The notes under the pieces were generated by a model. That model was given only the letters and a program-made list of their open reading frames with translations, was not told where the DNA came from and made no database searches. A stretch of 64,000 nucleotides of DNA from Camelus ferus (lineage: Eukaryota): the NCBI RefSeq assembly GCF_009834535.1, contig NC_045705.1, positions 55,738,001-55,802,000 on the forward strand, read 5' to 3'. Positions 49,201 to 62,290 of this stretch are shown piece after piece (within the stretch, counting starts at the first letter, position 1; the number at the start of each line of letters is the position of its first letter). The translations under genes were made by a program, and so were the position numbers.

Positions 49201-49260
49201 AACACAGCAATTAACACCAGAATGGCGAAAGATTCAACCCCCAGTAGGCCTTGAGGCTCA
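46215..49260 (+). mobile_element. Second ERV1 fragment: gag C-terminus/NC, protease, RT N-terminus, AT-rich internal region, env end, PPT and start of 3' LTR
   Basis: GPQTPMNQLMDL.FQV.NNR; two decayed CCHC knuckles (CFKYSQEGHWENKCP, CPLRKQKGHWKQDCP); protease VTLDVAGRKVVFLLGKAATYSVL (DTG lost); NPPVWETEVPDRA; ctactcagcctggaagtgg; PPT gagatgggga then TGAGACAGG at ~49161. Confidence 0.82.
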
Positions 49261-49689
49261 AAATGGTCTTTCACTTTATATTTAACATGTATGAAGTATA
49301 AATATTATGTTATATTTATATCATAGACATACTTAAGGTATGGAAATTTTTAAAGAACTCAATTATTTACTGGTTTATGTGATCTTAAAGATTTTCTTTA
49401 TCAGATTTTATTTTTTATTAGTAAAAATAAGATGTAAAAAATGTTTCATAGAGTTTTATTGAGGAATAATAAATATAAATCTTCTAATAGGGCTGCACGT
49501 GGCTCATAGTGGCTGCTAAAAACCACTGCTGATGGATTTTTACTGACTGTTAATCATCATTTTTTGCCAACTACCCCACACGCATGCACATACATATCGT
49601 CTTCTATCATGTTGGCCCCAGGCTGTGCTAGATGATAAGTAGGTGCTTAGGTTACACTTGTGAATGAGTGAATACCTGCCTTTAAAGAC

Positions 49690-50540
49690 TCCATTCTCCC
49701 AGTATGTCTAGGCTTAGATCCTGGTCATACAGCCACGTGCATTTTGATAGCCCAAACACCCTAGCACAGATTCTACTCCACAGGCACCTAGCAAGTGTTA
49801 GTTAATGGGTATCTGTCTAATCTGGTCCACACGACTGACCCACAATGTAGGCTTCTTGGACGTCTGCACTAGATCTGTGAGGGCCACAAGGAAGGTAAAA
49901 AATTCTGAGTAGATGCGTCCAACATTCACAGAAGAGAGTTCCTCTAAATCCTCGTGAGAACATGCAGATTCAACATTCTTACTCCCTAGAACACATTGGC
50001 CTACAGAGGAAAGCCATCACCAGCTCTATAAGTTTGATTCTTCCTATTTCTAAGCATAACACCTTAAGTCACTCAGTCTCTGGGAATCTCAAAATCTTCT
50101 GATAAATAGAACTAAAACCTCTACTAGGTTCTGCTTTCTCACAGGGTCCTTAAGAGAACAGAATATCAGTCTTTACATTAGAATATTGTACATACTATCA
50201 AGCATTGTGCTTGTAAGCAAGTTTTCACTAAGTCCTCACCTTTTTTGGCAGACCAGACTAGGTTTCTTCTCACTCCAAGTATCAAATTATCCCATTTTCA
50301 CAAAATGTCTAATAATAAAAATAGCAGTCATAATAACAGCTAAAACTTCTGCAGTATTTACTATGGGCCAGGAACTATTAGATGCATTACATATATGAAT
50401 ACATTTAATCATTAAAATAGTCCAACACACTAAACAGACCAAAGCACAGATGGATGAAAAGATTTGCAAAAGAGCACACAGCCAGTTAGTAGAAGGTGGC
50501 ATTCTAAACCAGACTGTTGAGTCCAAAACCACTGCACTAG
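49690..50540. mobile_element. Cluster of MIR fragments (others at ~35380-35590, 37420-37570, 56280-56420, 63560-63630)
   Basis: MIR-type text such as ctgtgggaatctcaaaatcttctgataaatag, tatgggccaggaactattagatgcattac, gatgaaaagatttgcaaaagagcacacagccag. Confidence 0.6.
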
Positions 50541-53500
50541 CGTATATACAGAGAAGCATGAAACAACGAGTTTCTAGAAAGCTAGAGCAGTCGTAACTGG
50601 CTTACCCATGCTGGGCCACAGTTAAGTGGTTGAAGATGCAACAAATCTGAATTGAGCTGGAGGGCTCAGATGCAAAGGGCCAACAAAAGACTGGATTACT
50701 TGTGAGGTGCAATTGGAAGAGGGGTAGTTTCGCTTTGGTAGAAGTAAAACTTTGAAGAATGTCTGGCTCCTTACTAACTGCTGGGTAAGGACCAGGAAAC
50801 ACTTAGACTTGGTCAAGGTTAGGATGTGAGACGTTAGATGATAAAAATAGGCACAGGGAGAATGCTTAAGGAAAGAATACCTTGGAATGCATGGATTGTG
50901 CCAGTGCCTCTATGGTGATGGACCAGCACGTTGAAAATACCGTTTTTCATTTTAACTTCAAAAATCTCTCTTAACAATGGGTTTATTCGAGTTAACAATG
51001 CAAGAACTAAAGCCTAGTGGTTCAAGGACTTTGCAAGTTCACATGCCTGTATACAGCAGAGATCCTTTTCCACCTGAGCCATATTGAGACTTTAGAGACT
51101 GTCTTCTGCCCTGTTCCTAGAGGCCTTTCTCCTGGTTCGTTCACTGTAGGCAGAGATGGCAGTATTTGCAAAGTTTGGGAGGGGCGTGGTTGTAGACCCT
51201 CAGTCCTGTGTCTAAGAGATAAGAGTTCAAGCCCTGGGAGGGGCTAAAACTTAGGGCCTGTGTCTCATGGCTTAGATAGCACCCTTACCTCAACCCTCCT
51301 AACTCTGTGTGCACAGGAACTCCTGCTTGGGACTGGACAGGGGTTAGTCATAGGTGAAGAATTATTTTCCTGCCATTTATGAGCTCTTGCATTACCAACT
51401 GGCCCACAACCATAGCTGACTTCCTCTAACCAATGTCCAACTGCTCCCAACAGTCCTTCGACTTGTATGTTTCCCAGTGCTGGTGATGGTCCTGGTTCCC
51501 CGCCTTCCATCCTAAATTCACGCTTCTATAGCCACATTCAGACTCCTCAGATCCCCCAGAGAGGCAGGTAGAGGTCCTCTATGAATGGTTAGGGACATAA
51601 ACTTCATCCTGCCATCAGGCCAACATATATTGAGCATCTATGATGTGCTGGAGAATGTTGATTTAAGTGGAGATGATGTCTGAATCATAGCCCCTGCCCT
51701 CAAAGTTTATTGCTAAAGACATTAAAAAAAAAAAAACAACTGTATAATTTAAATGTATCAGATTGTGCTGTATAAAATCAAGCGCATTTTTATTGCAATG
51801 TTAAGTCTCACCAGGGCCTCAGTTCCCCTGGAATGGTGTGAAGCCAGCACAGAGTCACTTCCAGAGCCCTGTCAGGGCAACAAGATGACATGTGTATCTC
51901 ACTGATGTGTTAATTTGTTAATACACTTTATGGAAGGACTTCCTTAGGGTAATAAACCATGTCCACTCCTCTGACTAGAGAAGGTGGCTGCTGACTGGGA
52001 AGTCAAAATACACTGGGCTGTTATTTATTCTATCTGTATCTAAATGCATCTCTTCGCAGCATTTTTTACCGTGTGCTTACCTCAGGGGAGGAGGGGTAAG
52101 ATCACTTCGATGCCTTGTTGCCAGGCTGGAACCAGCCTAGCATTGTTTTGTCTTTGGCATCTCTGTATGCTCTAACCCCATGGTTTCCGTAGATGGCAAA
52201 CACCAACGATATTCTCATAACACTGATCTCAAAGCACTGAACCTGTCGCTGGGTGACCTCTAATCCCTCAGGTTCACTAGATACTTCCACAAACTCATGG
52301 TGTAATAAAGACCTTATTTTAAGGTCTGGCCCAGTTCATGGCCCTAGTGCTCCAAACGTCTACAGCATACGTCACCAGACAAAAAAAGAAATGTTCTTTG
52401 GCAGCTGCAATAAACCACCACTTGAAGTCAAGGTTATTACCAGCATTATTAAAGACATTCTTGGTTTTACGGTCTTTTCTTTGCCCTGTGCTGAGTGGGC
52501 TGCTGTGGCAAAGAGGAGAAACAGTGGTAGTTGCATGGACAACACTCTATAGTCTACTGTGTATTTCCTTTTCTCTTTTTTTCTTTTCGTGGGTATCCAG
52601 CAGCTCTTAGGAAAACATGGAGACCACCACAATGATTGAAAATTGTTCACTAAAAATCAACCTTTCACATATCCACATTTAAAATGAAAATTCATCAGTG
52701 GAAACTCAGGAAAGCTGAAAAAGATGCCCTATGAGCTTGGCTTCAGGATGCTCAGAACACATGCTCAGGAAAAAACAGGTAGACCCTGCACACAGCGGGC
52801 TTTGGTTGTTCACTTTTGGAGTCTCCTGTCACAATGGGTAGACAAACAGCTTAGAGGGGTGCCCCAGAGTGGCAGGAATATCCAGACATGTACATGGAGA
52901 TGTGGGAACAAGAGGAATAGAAAGGCACGGAAACATCATCCACCCTTAGTTTATTACTTTGTGTAATAAAGAACATTTTAATAAGCTCCAACTCTATTCA
53001 AAGCATTGTGCTTAGAATGAGTATCATAGTCCACAGGGAAAGGGGAGAGAGAGATACGGAAGAGGGAGCTTCAAGTGTGACAGGCATTTCTTAACAGAAA
53101 GAAACGCCAGTCTCACGGGCCTGTCAGTACGTGACACATTACACGGCTCGTAAAATGCACCAGAGCATTTGCCATAGCCCCACTTTTGCATATTGGACTT
53201 GCCTCCCTATTACCCTAAATTCCAATGATTCTGTGATGTTCTTCTCCTTTAGTGATCAAGGGCAAAGGATTTTGCAAAGGTCAGAAGTTCACCTGTGTCT
53301 AGACAGAACCAAGGGACCTGATTTCATCCCTCTTCAAGGAATTGCACTGCCCTGGGTGGCCTGCACAAGGCTTGTTGAACCCTGGCATCTTAGTCTTCCC
53401 ACTTCCTGTATTGAATCTATAACCACCGTTGCTGCCACCATTGAGAATGGGATCTTACCTGGCCGAGAGGTCCTCCTCACCTGGTGTGTGGGTGACACCT

Positions 53501-54306
53501 ACACCTACAGCCTGCTGTGAAAGCCTTTTCTCCAGCCCAGGACTTCTTTCACACCTAGTACAAGTATCTCCTTTTTCTTTCTTTCCCAGCTAATTACACA
53601 CATACTTTACCCTTTATGGCATGAGGAATACATGCCAAGCTCCATTCGTGTCCAGTTCCAACCTGAATTAATTTCCTCTCCAGGCTCTGATTATACATAA
53701 CTTCTAATAAACTATTTCTCATCAAGATTCATAATAAAACTTCTTCCTCTGGACCAAGAATTGACTTACTTCTTTATTTTAATTAACTGTACTGTGTAAA
53801 AGCTGAGCATTCGTATTTTAGATATACACTGTGCTCAATGGTCATCATTAGAAATTAGCTCAAATAGACGCTGCTTCACTGATGACAATATTCCAGAAAA
53901 GGCAACCAACTTTGCACAAGGAACAAAAGAAGTGAAAGTCATTGGTTGTGGGAACATCCAGTCCTTAAGGAAAAGACAACTGTAGATGGAATCTGCTGTA
54001 AATTTTTTGGACCATGCCACAGGACATCAGAGCTGCTGTTAGTAGGATAAGAGTATTTGAGTACAAAATGAGTATCAGTTGAGCACATGCTAAGCACCTT
54101 GCACTGTGTTTAAGTTTTTACACAGCTTACTATACTTCACCCTCATAAAAAAGGGAGCAGCAGAAGAAAGAGTTGTGTCTGAAAGATATTTTTTTGACAG
54201 CTGTCCATCTATTTTAATATATTTCTTAGAAACTTGTGCCAGTCAAATTATCCTTATGTTTATAATCTCTTAGTCCTTTCCCAGATAGGAAAGTGTAAAT
54301 GTCACG

Positions 54307-54464
54307 TTTTTTTTTTAAATTTAAAAAAATTTTTAATTTTTTTGGGGGGTAGGTAATAAGGTTTTTTAAAATTTATTTTTATTTTAATGGGGGTACTGGG
54401 GATTGAACTCAGGACCTGGTGCATGCTAAGAACACATTCTACTACTGAGCTCTACCCTCTCCCC
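54307..54464 (-). mobile_element. Vic-1-type SINE with 13-bp TSD
   Basis: Minus strand GGGGAGAGGGTAGAGCTCAGTAGTAGAATG...AGTTCAATCCCCAGTACC. TSD TGTAAATGTCA(C/T)G at 54294-54306 and 54465-54477. Confidence 0.88.
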
Positions 54465-54472
54465 TGTAAATG

Positions 54473-55409
54473 TCATGTTTTTGATGATGGCAGAGAGAAT
54501 AACTGGAGTATGCTACTGCGAATCTGCTTAGTTTTAATGCTGTAGATGACAGGATTCATAAAAGGGGGGGGAAACAAATAGATGTAGCTCATTGTGATGT
54601 GTACCAGATGAGGGGCTTTCTTCCCAAATCTGTGGATGAATGTCAAACCAACCACAGTCACATAGAAGACCAAGATGTAGCAGATGAGGGAGACACAAGT
54701 GTTGAGGGCTTTGGCCCTCTCCTCTCCAAAAGCAACGCTCACGACAGTCTTGAGAGTCATAATATAGGAGCAAAAGATTGTCAGACAGTCCAGTAGGGCC
54801 ATAGAAAATATCACCACAATAGGATACAGACGATTGAAGGTGATGTCAGCACAGGAGTTTTATAACATCCTGATGGAGGCAGAATGCATGAGAGAGGACA
54901 TGAGATCTGCAACAGGAAAACCAATAGAGAGGCAATATTGGGGGCAAGATGAGAACAAATCCCCTCATAAAAATGCCCGCCCCAATCTTTATCACTTGAG
55001 TGTTGGTAAGAATGGAAGTGCATCTCAGAGGGTTGCGCATGGCAATGAACCGATCATAGGCCGTGGCAAGCAAAATTCCAGACTCTGTGATGGAGAGACT
55101 ATGGATGAAGTAGGCTTGAAGAAAGCAGGCTCCATGGCTCATTTCTCTGTGACTCATCCACACCATGCACAGCACAGTAGGCATGGTAATCTGGGTCATC
55201 CCAAGGCCTGCAGCTGCCAGCATGGCTAAGAAATAGTACCTAGGCTCCTGAAGGCTATGGTCATTTCTGAAGAGAAATATGAGAATGCTGTTGCCAAGAA
55301 GGATGGAGATGTAGACTACAGATAATGGGATGGAGATCCAGTGGTAGGCCTTTTCCAGGCCCACAAATCCAGTCAGCAGGAAGGGTGAGACACTCGTGTT
55401 GAGTCCCAT
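54473..55409 (-). pseudogene. OR51B-subfamily pseudogene (paralogue of OR51B6) with a 2-bp frameshift
   Basis: ATG at 55409 ([15 protein letters not shown]). After HQDVIK the expected AAA CTA GCC TGT GCT GAC reads AAA CTC CTG TGC TGA (2 nt lost at 54855/54856). The other frame continues [10 protein letters not shown]...KALNTC...[11 protein letters not shown] to TGA at 54473. Several conserved-site missense changes: EPRYY, LATAYDRF, AMRNPLRC. Confidence 0.92.
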
Positions 55410-58400
55410 GATGGGCACTATAATAGGATAAGGCTTCTCTTAAGGAAACCCTATGTATAGGTCTGTAGGTCTTCAAAAATTTTCCTTTAGTGACTTCTTT
55501 TTTTCTGAGTGTAGAGCTTCCCTGAACTGCAGTGACACCAAAGAAATAAAGCATCCATTCTTGGGAGAGTCTCAGAGATGGAAAGAAGTAACAATAATAG
55601 GAACAACAACTATAAATTTAGTACCTAGTAAATCTGCCAGGCAACATACTAGGCATGGAGGATACAGTCATGAGTGTGCACAACAGAGTGGGTTCTTGTT
55701 CTTGTGAACCTTAAAGCTTTAAATAGCTTCAAGGAATAAAAGAGAAATAACACTGATATAAAATAAAATTATGATAGAAGACTTACAGTATTCTACAGGA
55801 GCATATAAATAACTTATTTTAATAAATCTGGCAAGGTTTGGGAACAGTCAAGGAAGGCTTCCTCAGGGTAATATCTGATAGATGTGTGGGAATCAATCGT
55901 GTAAAGAAAGGGAAATATTTGTTTTTTTCAGAATTTTCTCAGAAGAGAAATTTCTAAGGCAAGAATGAATTGAAAAAATAATGGATATTCAATACAGTTA
56001 TAAAAATGCAGGTGAGAGCAACAAATGATTAGACTGCCGAGGTTTGATTTGTTTGAAAAGTCATACAAGAGGGCTAATGTGATAGCTTGTTACCACAGGT
56101 AAGGCTCTAAAATCGTTAACCATCTGCTCTTTGTAAATACATTTATCAGTGTTGGGATAAACTAGGACATGAGAAATGCCAATATATCATCATAGACATT
56201 AAGGAGAATTTTCTAGAGTGAGTTTATAACATATATGTATAACTCCTCTAAGACCTCTAGACTTTGACTTTTAGAAAACTCCTTAGTTGAGGTCCCAGCT
56301 CCTCCAATTTTTAACCATGTAATTTTGGGCAAATCCTTTGGACTCTCTCAGCTTACAATCCTCAGCTGGAAATAAATGAGACTAGCCAACTTCGTCTTGT
56401 CCTGTGAGGAGTAAATGCAATATCATTTCAGAGTTGGTCACTGGTAAGACACTGTGCATTTGTAGGGGGTTGGGTTACATTTATTGTAAAGGGCCATTCT
56501 GATTCTGTCTGGCAGAGGCAGGTGGGAAGCCATCACACTCAGATATGTTGACTCATTCTGATTTATTCAAAATATTTAGTGGAGAAGAGGTTTAGGATAG
56601 TGGGGTTTTAAGAAGGCTTGGGGTGATAGTGACTGAAGCAAATAGCTAGGATTAGTGAAAGGTTACTGGTGTCTGTTGTGGGGTGGGGAGAAATGAGAAG
56701 AGGGGGGACACTTTGGTGAGCACAGACCAGACCATCTTGAGGCTTGGGCTGCCTATGAGGTTGGGGGCGGGGGCAAACTTGACCTTGGTAGAATTCAGAA
56801 GAGAATCAAAAGTATAAAACAGAAACAGAAACAAAACAAAGCAAAATAACAACAGCAAGAAACAATATTTTGGCAGGGATGGGTCTCCCTGAGTTGCCTA
56901 TTTGCACACGTCTAGTCAGTGTTGTTTCCTATGCCAGGCTGAGGCAGGGGGAAACAGAGAGGGAAGACAGAGATAGAGAGAATAATTGCTTCTTATTACA
57001 CAACAAACATGGTCTACATGTGTTGCATATGCCCCCTTACTTTTAACAGAATGCCCACAGAAGTCTTATTTTCCCCATTTTTAAATAACTGATCCGGAAA
57101 ATGATTAAAAGCACTTCAAAAGGTCAAAATGCAAGGAAACAGTGGAGTTGTTCTTTTTCTGTACGACATTAGACAAGAGGAATTCCAGAAATTTATAATC
57201 TGTTCAGTAGTATCTGTGAGAAAATCAGCTTTTTTACCCTCCTCAATTCATTGTGCTAAGCTTTGGGTTTACAAAGGAACAGATAGTAAAACATTATCCC
57301 TGGAGTCAAAGGATTTCATTTATAGTGGAGTAACATATATAAATGTAAAGTGAGAAAATATTCTACTAGATAAAGAAAAGATAATAAGTGTAATAAATAC
57401 AAAGTGAAATTTGAGTTAAGAGGAAGAAGCATCTGAATCTTCTGGGGAGACTTTCACATAGGATGTGCTCTAAGAGGTGAATCTGGAAGGCAAAAGGAGA
57501 TTCCATGATAAATGCAGAGAACAAGGGAGAAGAGGGTGATTCATATTCTAGGCTTAGGAAAGAGCATGTTTGAAGGCAGAAAAAAAATGTAAGAAAGGCT
57601 AAATGTATTGGAAAGCAACAGGATATATGTTATTGGGTAATTGGGAAAACTAGATGAGATTCAGTAGTTGTGGTCTTGGTGACAGGAAATTGAGAGGTGC
57701 CTTCTCTTTCCTACAGCCTGTTTTATGAACAGTGTTAATCATTATTTGCTCAATAAAAAAAAAAGTCTTAATATGTCATCTTTCTGTGTTCACACTCAAG
57801 GACTAAGCATCTCTGCTTGGTTCAATCAAGTAATGAGCATACTTTGTGGAGCTGGGTGGCGATAATGTGTGTGTGTGTGTGTCTGTGTATGTGTGTGGGT
57901 GTGGGTGGGTGTATCAAGAGGCTAGGGATTGGAGGAACAGTTAATTGGTGATTATAGTCATGTACTCAATGACATAGTTTGAAACAAAGTCCCATAATTC
58001 TAAGACTGTTGACTTATAACCTTGAAAACTATATCCATCAGCTCAAAGGAGGGTCCTTCTCTGGGAAGCCCTTGATCTTATATTGATGAAAAACTATTTC
58101 TCCAAACTAAACATTCTGTTCCAGAAACTTGCAGTCTTCAGGAGAGACTCTGAGCCTCTCTTCCTCTAAAATTCTTCTCAAGGAGAAACACCAGCCAGAC
58201 ATTTATGTGACAAACTTTACAACATTTGCCTTTCCTTGGGCTCTTTTTCCCACTTGTTTTCAATCTTCATTCCCCCAATCCTTGTTTGCCTTTTAATTTT
58301 TCTTCTTATCTTCTGCATTTCTGACCTCAACTCTGCTCTCTGACTAGGTAATCTATAACTAACAGTGCTATCTATCCTGATGGATAGTATCCAGTAGACC

Positions 58401-61354
58401 TCACTTAATCACCGAATTCTCATTAGAAGTTTCAGTACATAATGTTTGTTCTTTTCCAAATCCATGGATTGATTATTTGACCTACAGTTACACTAAATTC
58501 TTGACCTTCTTACTAGTGACTGTTGGCTCTGAATGGTCTTCTATCCAAAGCATCCAGCAGAGTTTTCACTTAGGTAGTGTCCCTTGCTGGTAAAAATGGT
58601 GACCACCTTCCCCTCCCCCCTCCAACCCAACACCAGGTCCACTCCCTCTCTGTGTGGGTTTTGAGATGCTCAAAATCTGCAGTGCCTATACTTCAACATG
58701 GAAGACAATGAACAAAGAAATTCTCCTCTGCCTTTGGTTTTCAGGATTTGTACATTTATTTCCTGATGGATCCTGGGCTCACCTCTGGAAATACATAGAA
58801 ATTTAAAGCATGTTTAATGTCAAATCCCCTCAAAGTATGTCTTTGCCCTAATCTGAGAATGGTCTACTTGACAATGTTTTCTTTCTGTTCTATACTGTTG
58901 GTCATCATAGTGCCTCCTCTCCATAGCCTGATTTAGGCTCTTGGGGAGTAAATTCCTGGTGGAACATGCAGGAGCAAAGAGGAAGCTGGTTCAAACAGCT
59001 GAAGAGAGAAAGAAAGGGAACAACAGCTAATCCATCCCAGAGTCCTGAACCACACCAGAGATATCTGCCGCTATTCCCACAGATGTTCTGCCTTTCTCTT
59101 CCCCATCCACCTAGTAGGGAAGGGAAGGCAGATTTTAAGCATTTTCCTGTTGCAAAAAAATATGAAGAAGAGATTACTCAGAAGACAATTTTTAGGGGAA
59201 GCTTTGGGGATATGTTCCTATATCCCATTACCTCTTGACTGACATACTGCCACCTTCCTCTGTAAGTTCCAATAAACCAACTCTCTACACCTCAACCTAC
59301 CCTGCCATGCCCTGTTATTTACACTTAGCCCTCCAGGACAAGACACACTGGAGCCACTTACTGACCTGTTCATCAGTCCTTTGCTCATCGGTTCCATAGG
59401 TGTGACTCTAGCCTGAGCCTGGCCAAGGTCTTACTTTCAAGATCACCTCTTTAAATCATACCCAGAAGCCAAGCTTCAAGAAGCATTTGTTTCAGAAGGT
59501 CCTCGCCAAGGCCCTTTTCTGCCTCCTCCCTCCTTCTTTCTTCTCATAGCCTTGGGGATTGGAAGCTTTGGTACAGTGGTCCCCCACGTTCTCACCCTAT
59601 GTTCTGGTTTGGGCAATAGTCTTGTCACCAGAAAGATGACTAATTTTAAGTATCACATAGAAGCAAGAAAGAAAAGGCTAGTAGGATGGCCTTTTTGAGA
59701 ACTCTCAGAAATTTACCTCTACATTAAGGTATGTGTGACTACAAGTATCCGAGCAGGACATTAAATTGATCTATCAAGAAACTCTACACCCAATCTCTTT
59801 TGACTTTACTCTTGAGATGCCACTGCAACCCCAGAGCTTTGCTCTGTTTCATAGGAAAAACTGAACTTCCCAGTCATTTATGAGCTCTTTCTCTAATGTC
59901 TCTATCGTCTCTCTGCAAGATAAGGAAGGACAGAAAGAGAGAGGAGAGAAATTTTAGGGGTTGCAATCAAATGTACCCATTTGAAGACTTTAGAAAACAT
60001 ATTGTTATTCTAATACCATTTATATTAGTCTACTGTGGCAAGCCCTAGGATTACTGGCCTAAAGATAAAAATCAAGAAAATTTTCCTTTGATTTAGCTTA
60101 GATCTCCCTTAATTCAGTCCCAAGAGCATGAGCAAGGAATGGACTCCTACTGAAAGACTGGTGACCTTATATTTTTGAAGGTATTAAATGAGAATACAAT
60201 GGAAGATGTCCAACTACTTGAAGGTATTACAGGGCGTAGTAACAAGACACTCAGAAGTTACACATATTTAGAGATAGAAAACCAAGAGACACACACACAG
60301 ATATGAGTCACTTTAAGTTTCATTCATTTTAATCAAAACTATATTTTACTAAAGATGATGCATGTGGTAGTTTCTATAATACAGTAGGGAACAGACCTAT
60401 GTTATCATTATTCCCCTGAAATACACAGTCTAGAAGCTATGAAAGAAAAAATATAAATGTCATACTTAATTACAGACATACAGCTGAGTTGAGTAGAAGT
60501 TAATTAATTAATTAATTATCAAACAAATAGTCCCTTGAGCTGATCTGATAAAGATCATTTATTAGCCTGAAAGTTGCTAAAGATCTTGTTTCAAGTTTGT
60601 TTTCTCCATATTAGGACTAACTCATCAAGACAATGATCATCTGGATGAAGAATTATATTTCTATTTAGTAGTAGTTGTAGTAAAAATAACAGCATAGATA
60701 TAATTATATCTGTTATATTACTTACATATAAATAATATTATTTAATAAATGTTTATCAAAATTTTAACTGAACAGATTTAGATATACTTAAATGTACTTT
60801 CTCTAGAGTTGTCATATTGAACTGAGAACAAGGTAAGGCTCATTGCTTTACTTAGTGCAGTTTTCTAGAAACAGCAATTATTTCCATATAAGCAAAAAAT
60901 AAAAACAAAAACAAAACTGGATACAAGTCTGAAGTCAAGAGTGTGCTATTTTTAGGTATATCAAAGCCAATACATGCAGAACATAGTGAAAAAACAATGA
61001 GCTTTGACTTAAATACTGGTGACCCTTACCATAAATCCAAGAATCATATAATAGGCACCAGAGGCTCACCAAACAGGGTGATTACCTGGGAAAACAGCAA
61101 ACACTTGGACACGAGATTAGTGTTGTATATATATTATGTAATATACAACTCAGCTACAAATGGGCAGAGTGAGATGATGTTCTATTATTGTATTATTTTA
61201 ATTTCTTTTTATTTTGGGGGGAGGAGGAGATGATGTTCTAAATAGCACAAATGTTGGCTTCCATTAACATGGCTTTCCCTAGTTGCTCCCACCAACAGAG
61301 CTGTCAGCTTGTCCAGGTTCCCTGAATTATTCTTCAGAGAGCAGTGAGTCAAAG

Positions 61355-62290
61355 TTATGCTCTAGAATGAGGCAGAGAAAAGAAGCGAATTATACCACTC
61401 TGGATCTGCTTGGTTTTAATGCTATAGATGACAGGGTTCATGAAAGGGGGAAAAAGGAAGTAGACATAGCTCATCGTGATGTGGACCACATGAGGAGCAT
61501 GTCTTCCAAACCTATGGATGAATGTCAGACCAACCACAGTGACATAGAAAACCAGGATGCAGCAGATGTGGGAGACACATGTGTTGAGGGCTTTGGCCCT
61601 TTCTCCAGAAGTGATGCTCATGACAGTCTTGAGGATCAAAGTGTAGGAGAAAAATATGATGAGGAAGTCCAACAAGACCATTGCAAATACAACCACAACT
61701 GGATAGAGACGATTGAAAGTAATGTTAGCACAGGCTAACTTGATGACATCCTGGTGTAGACAGAAAGCATGGGAGAGTACCCGGGATCGACAATAGGGAA
61801 ACCAGGGAAGGCAAAGAATTATTGGCATAATTGACAGACCGGCCCTTGTCAATACCCCCATCCCAATCTTTATTACCTTGGTGTTGGTAAGAATTGAAGA
61901 ATATCTCAAGGGGTTGCAGATGGCAATAAAATGGTCATAGGCCATGGAAAGCAAAATACCAGATTCTGCTATAGAAAGAGTATGAATAAAGTAGGCCTGA
62001 AAGAAGCAGGCCCCATGGCCAATCTCCCTGTGATTCAACCACAGGACCCCCAGAACTGTGGGCATCGTGGTCAATGTCACTCCAAGGTCAGTGGCTGCCA
62101 ACATAGCTAAGAAATAGTACATGGGCTCATGGAGGTTATAATTATTCCTGATGAGAAAGAGAAGGGTGCCATTACCAAGAAGTATGGAGATGTAAACCAC
62201 CAATAATGGGATGGAGATCCAGTGATGTGCCTTCTCCATGCCTGGGAAACCAGTCAGCAGAAATGGGGAAGCAGTGGTGTTGAGCCACAT
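61355..62290 (-). CDS. OR51B6: Olfactory receptor 51B6 orthologue, open ORF, 311 aa
   Basis: [76 protein letters not shown]-terminal FSLPHSRA match recalled human OR51B6. Confidence 0.9.
   Translation of the reverse strand: MWLNTTASPFLLTGFPGMEKAHHWISIPLLVVYISILLGNGTLLFLIRNNYNLHEPMYYFLAMLAATDLGVTLTTMPTVLGVLWLNHREIGHGACFFQAYFIHTLSIAESGILLSMAYDHFIAICNPLRYSSILTNTKVIKIGMGVLTRAGLSIMPIILCLPWFPYCRSRVLSHAFCLHQDVIKLACANITFNRLYPVVVVFAMVLLDFLIIFFSYTLILKTVMSITSGERAKALNTCVSHICCILVFYVTVVGLTFIHRFGRHAPHVVHITMSYVYFLFPPFMNPVIYSIKTKQIQSGIIRFFSLPHSRA

Noticed and set aside
53131-53520. 129-aa plus-strand ORF in unique sequence
   Set aside because: GTG start, no recognisable domain, no splice or codon evidence; length compatible with chance.
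60500-60518. (TAAT)4 homeodomain-like cluster as a Greek-island or J-type enhancer core
   Set aside because: A simple microsatellite in AT-rich DNA with no adjacent good O/E site or composite Lhx2/Ebf motif.
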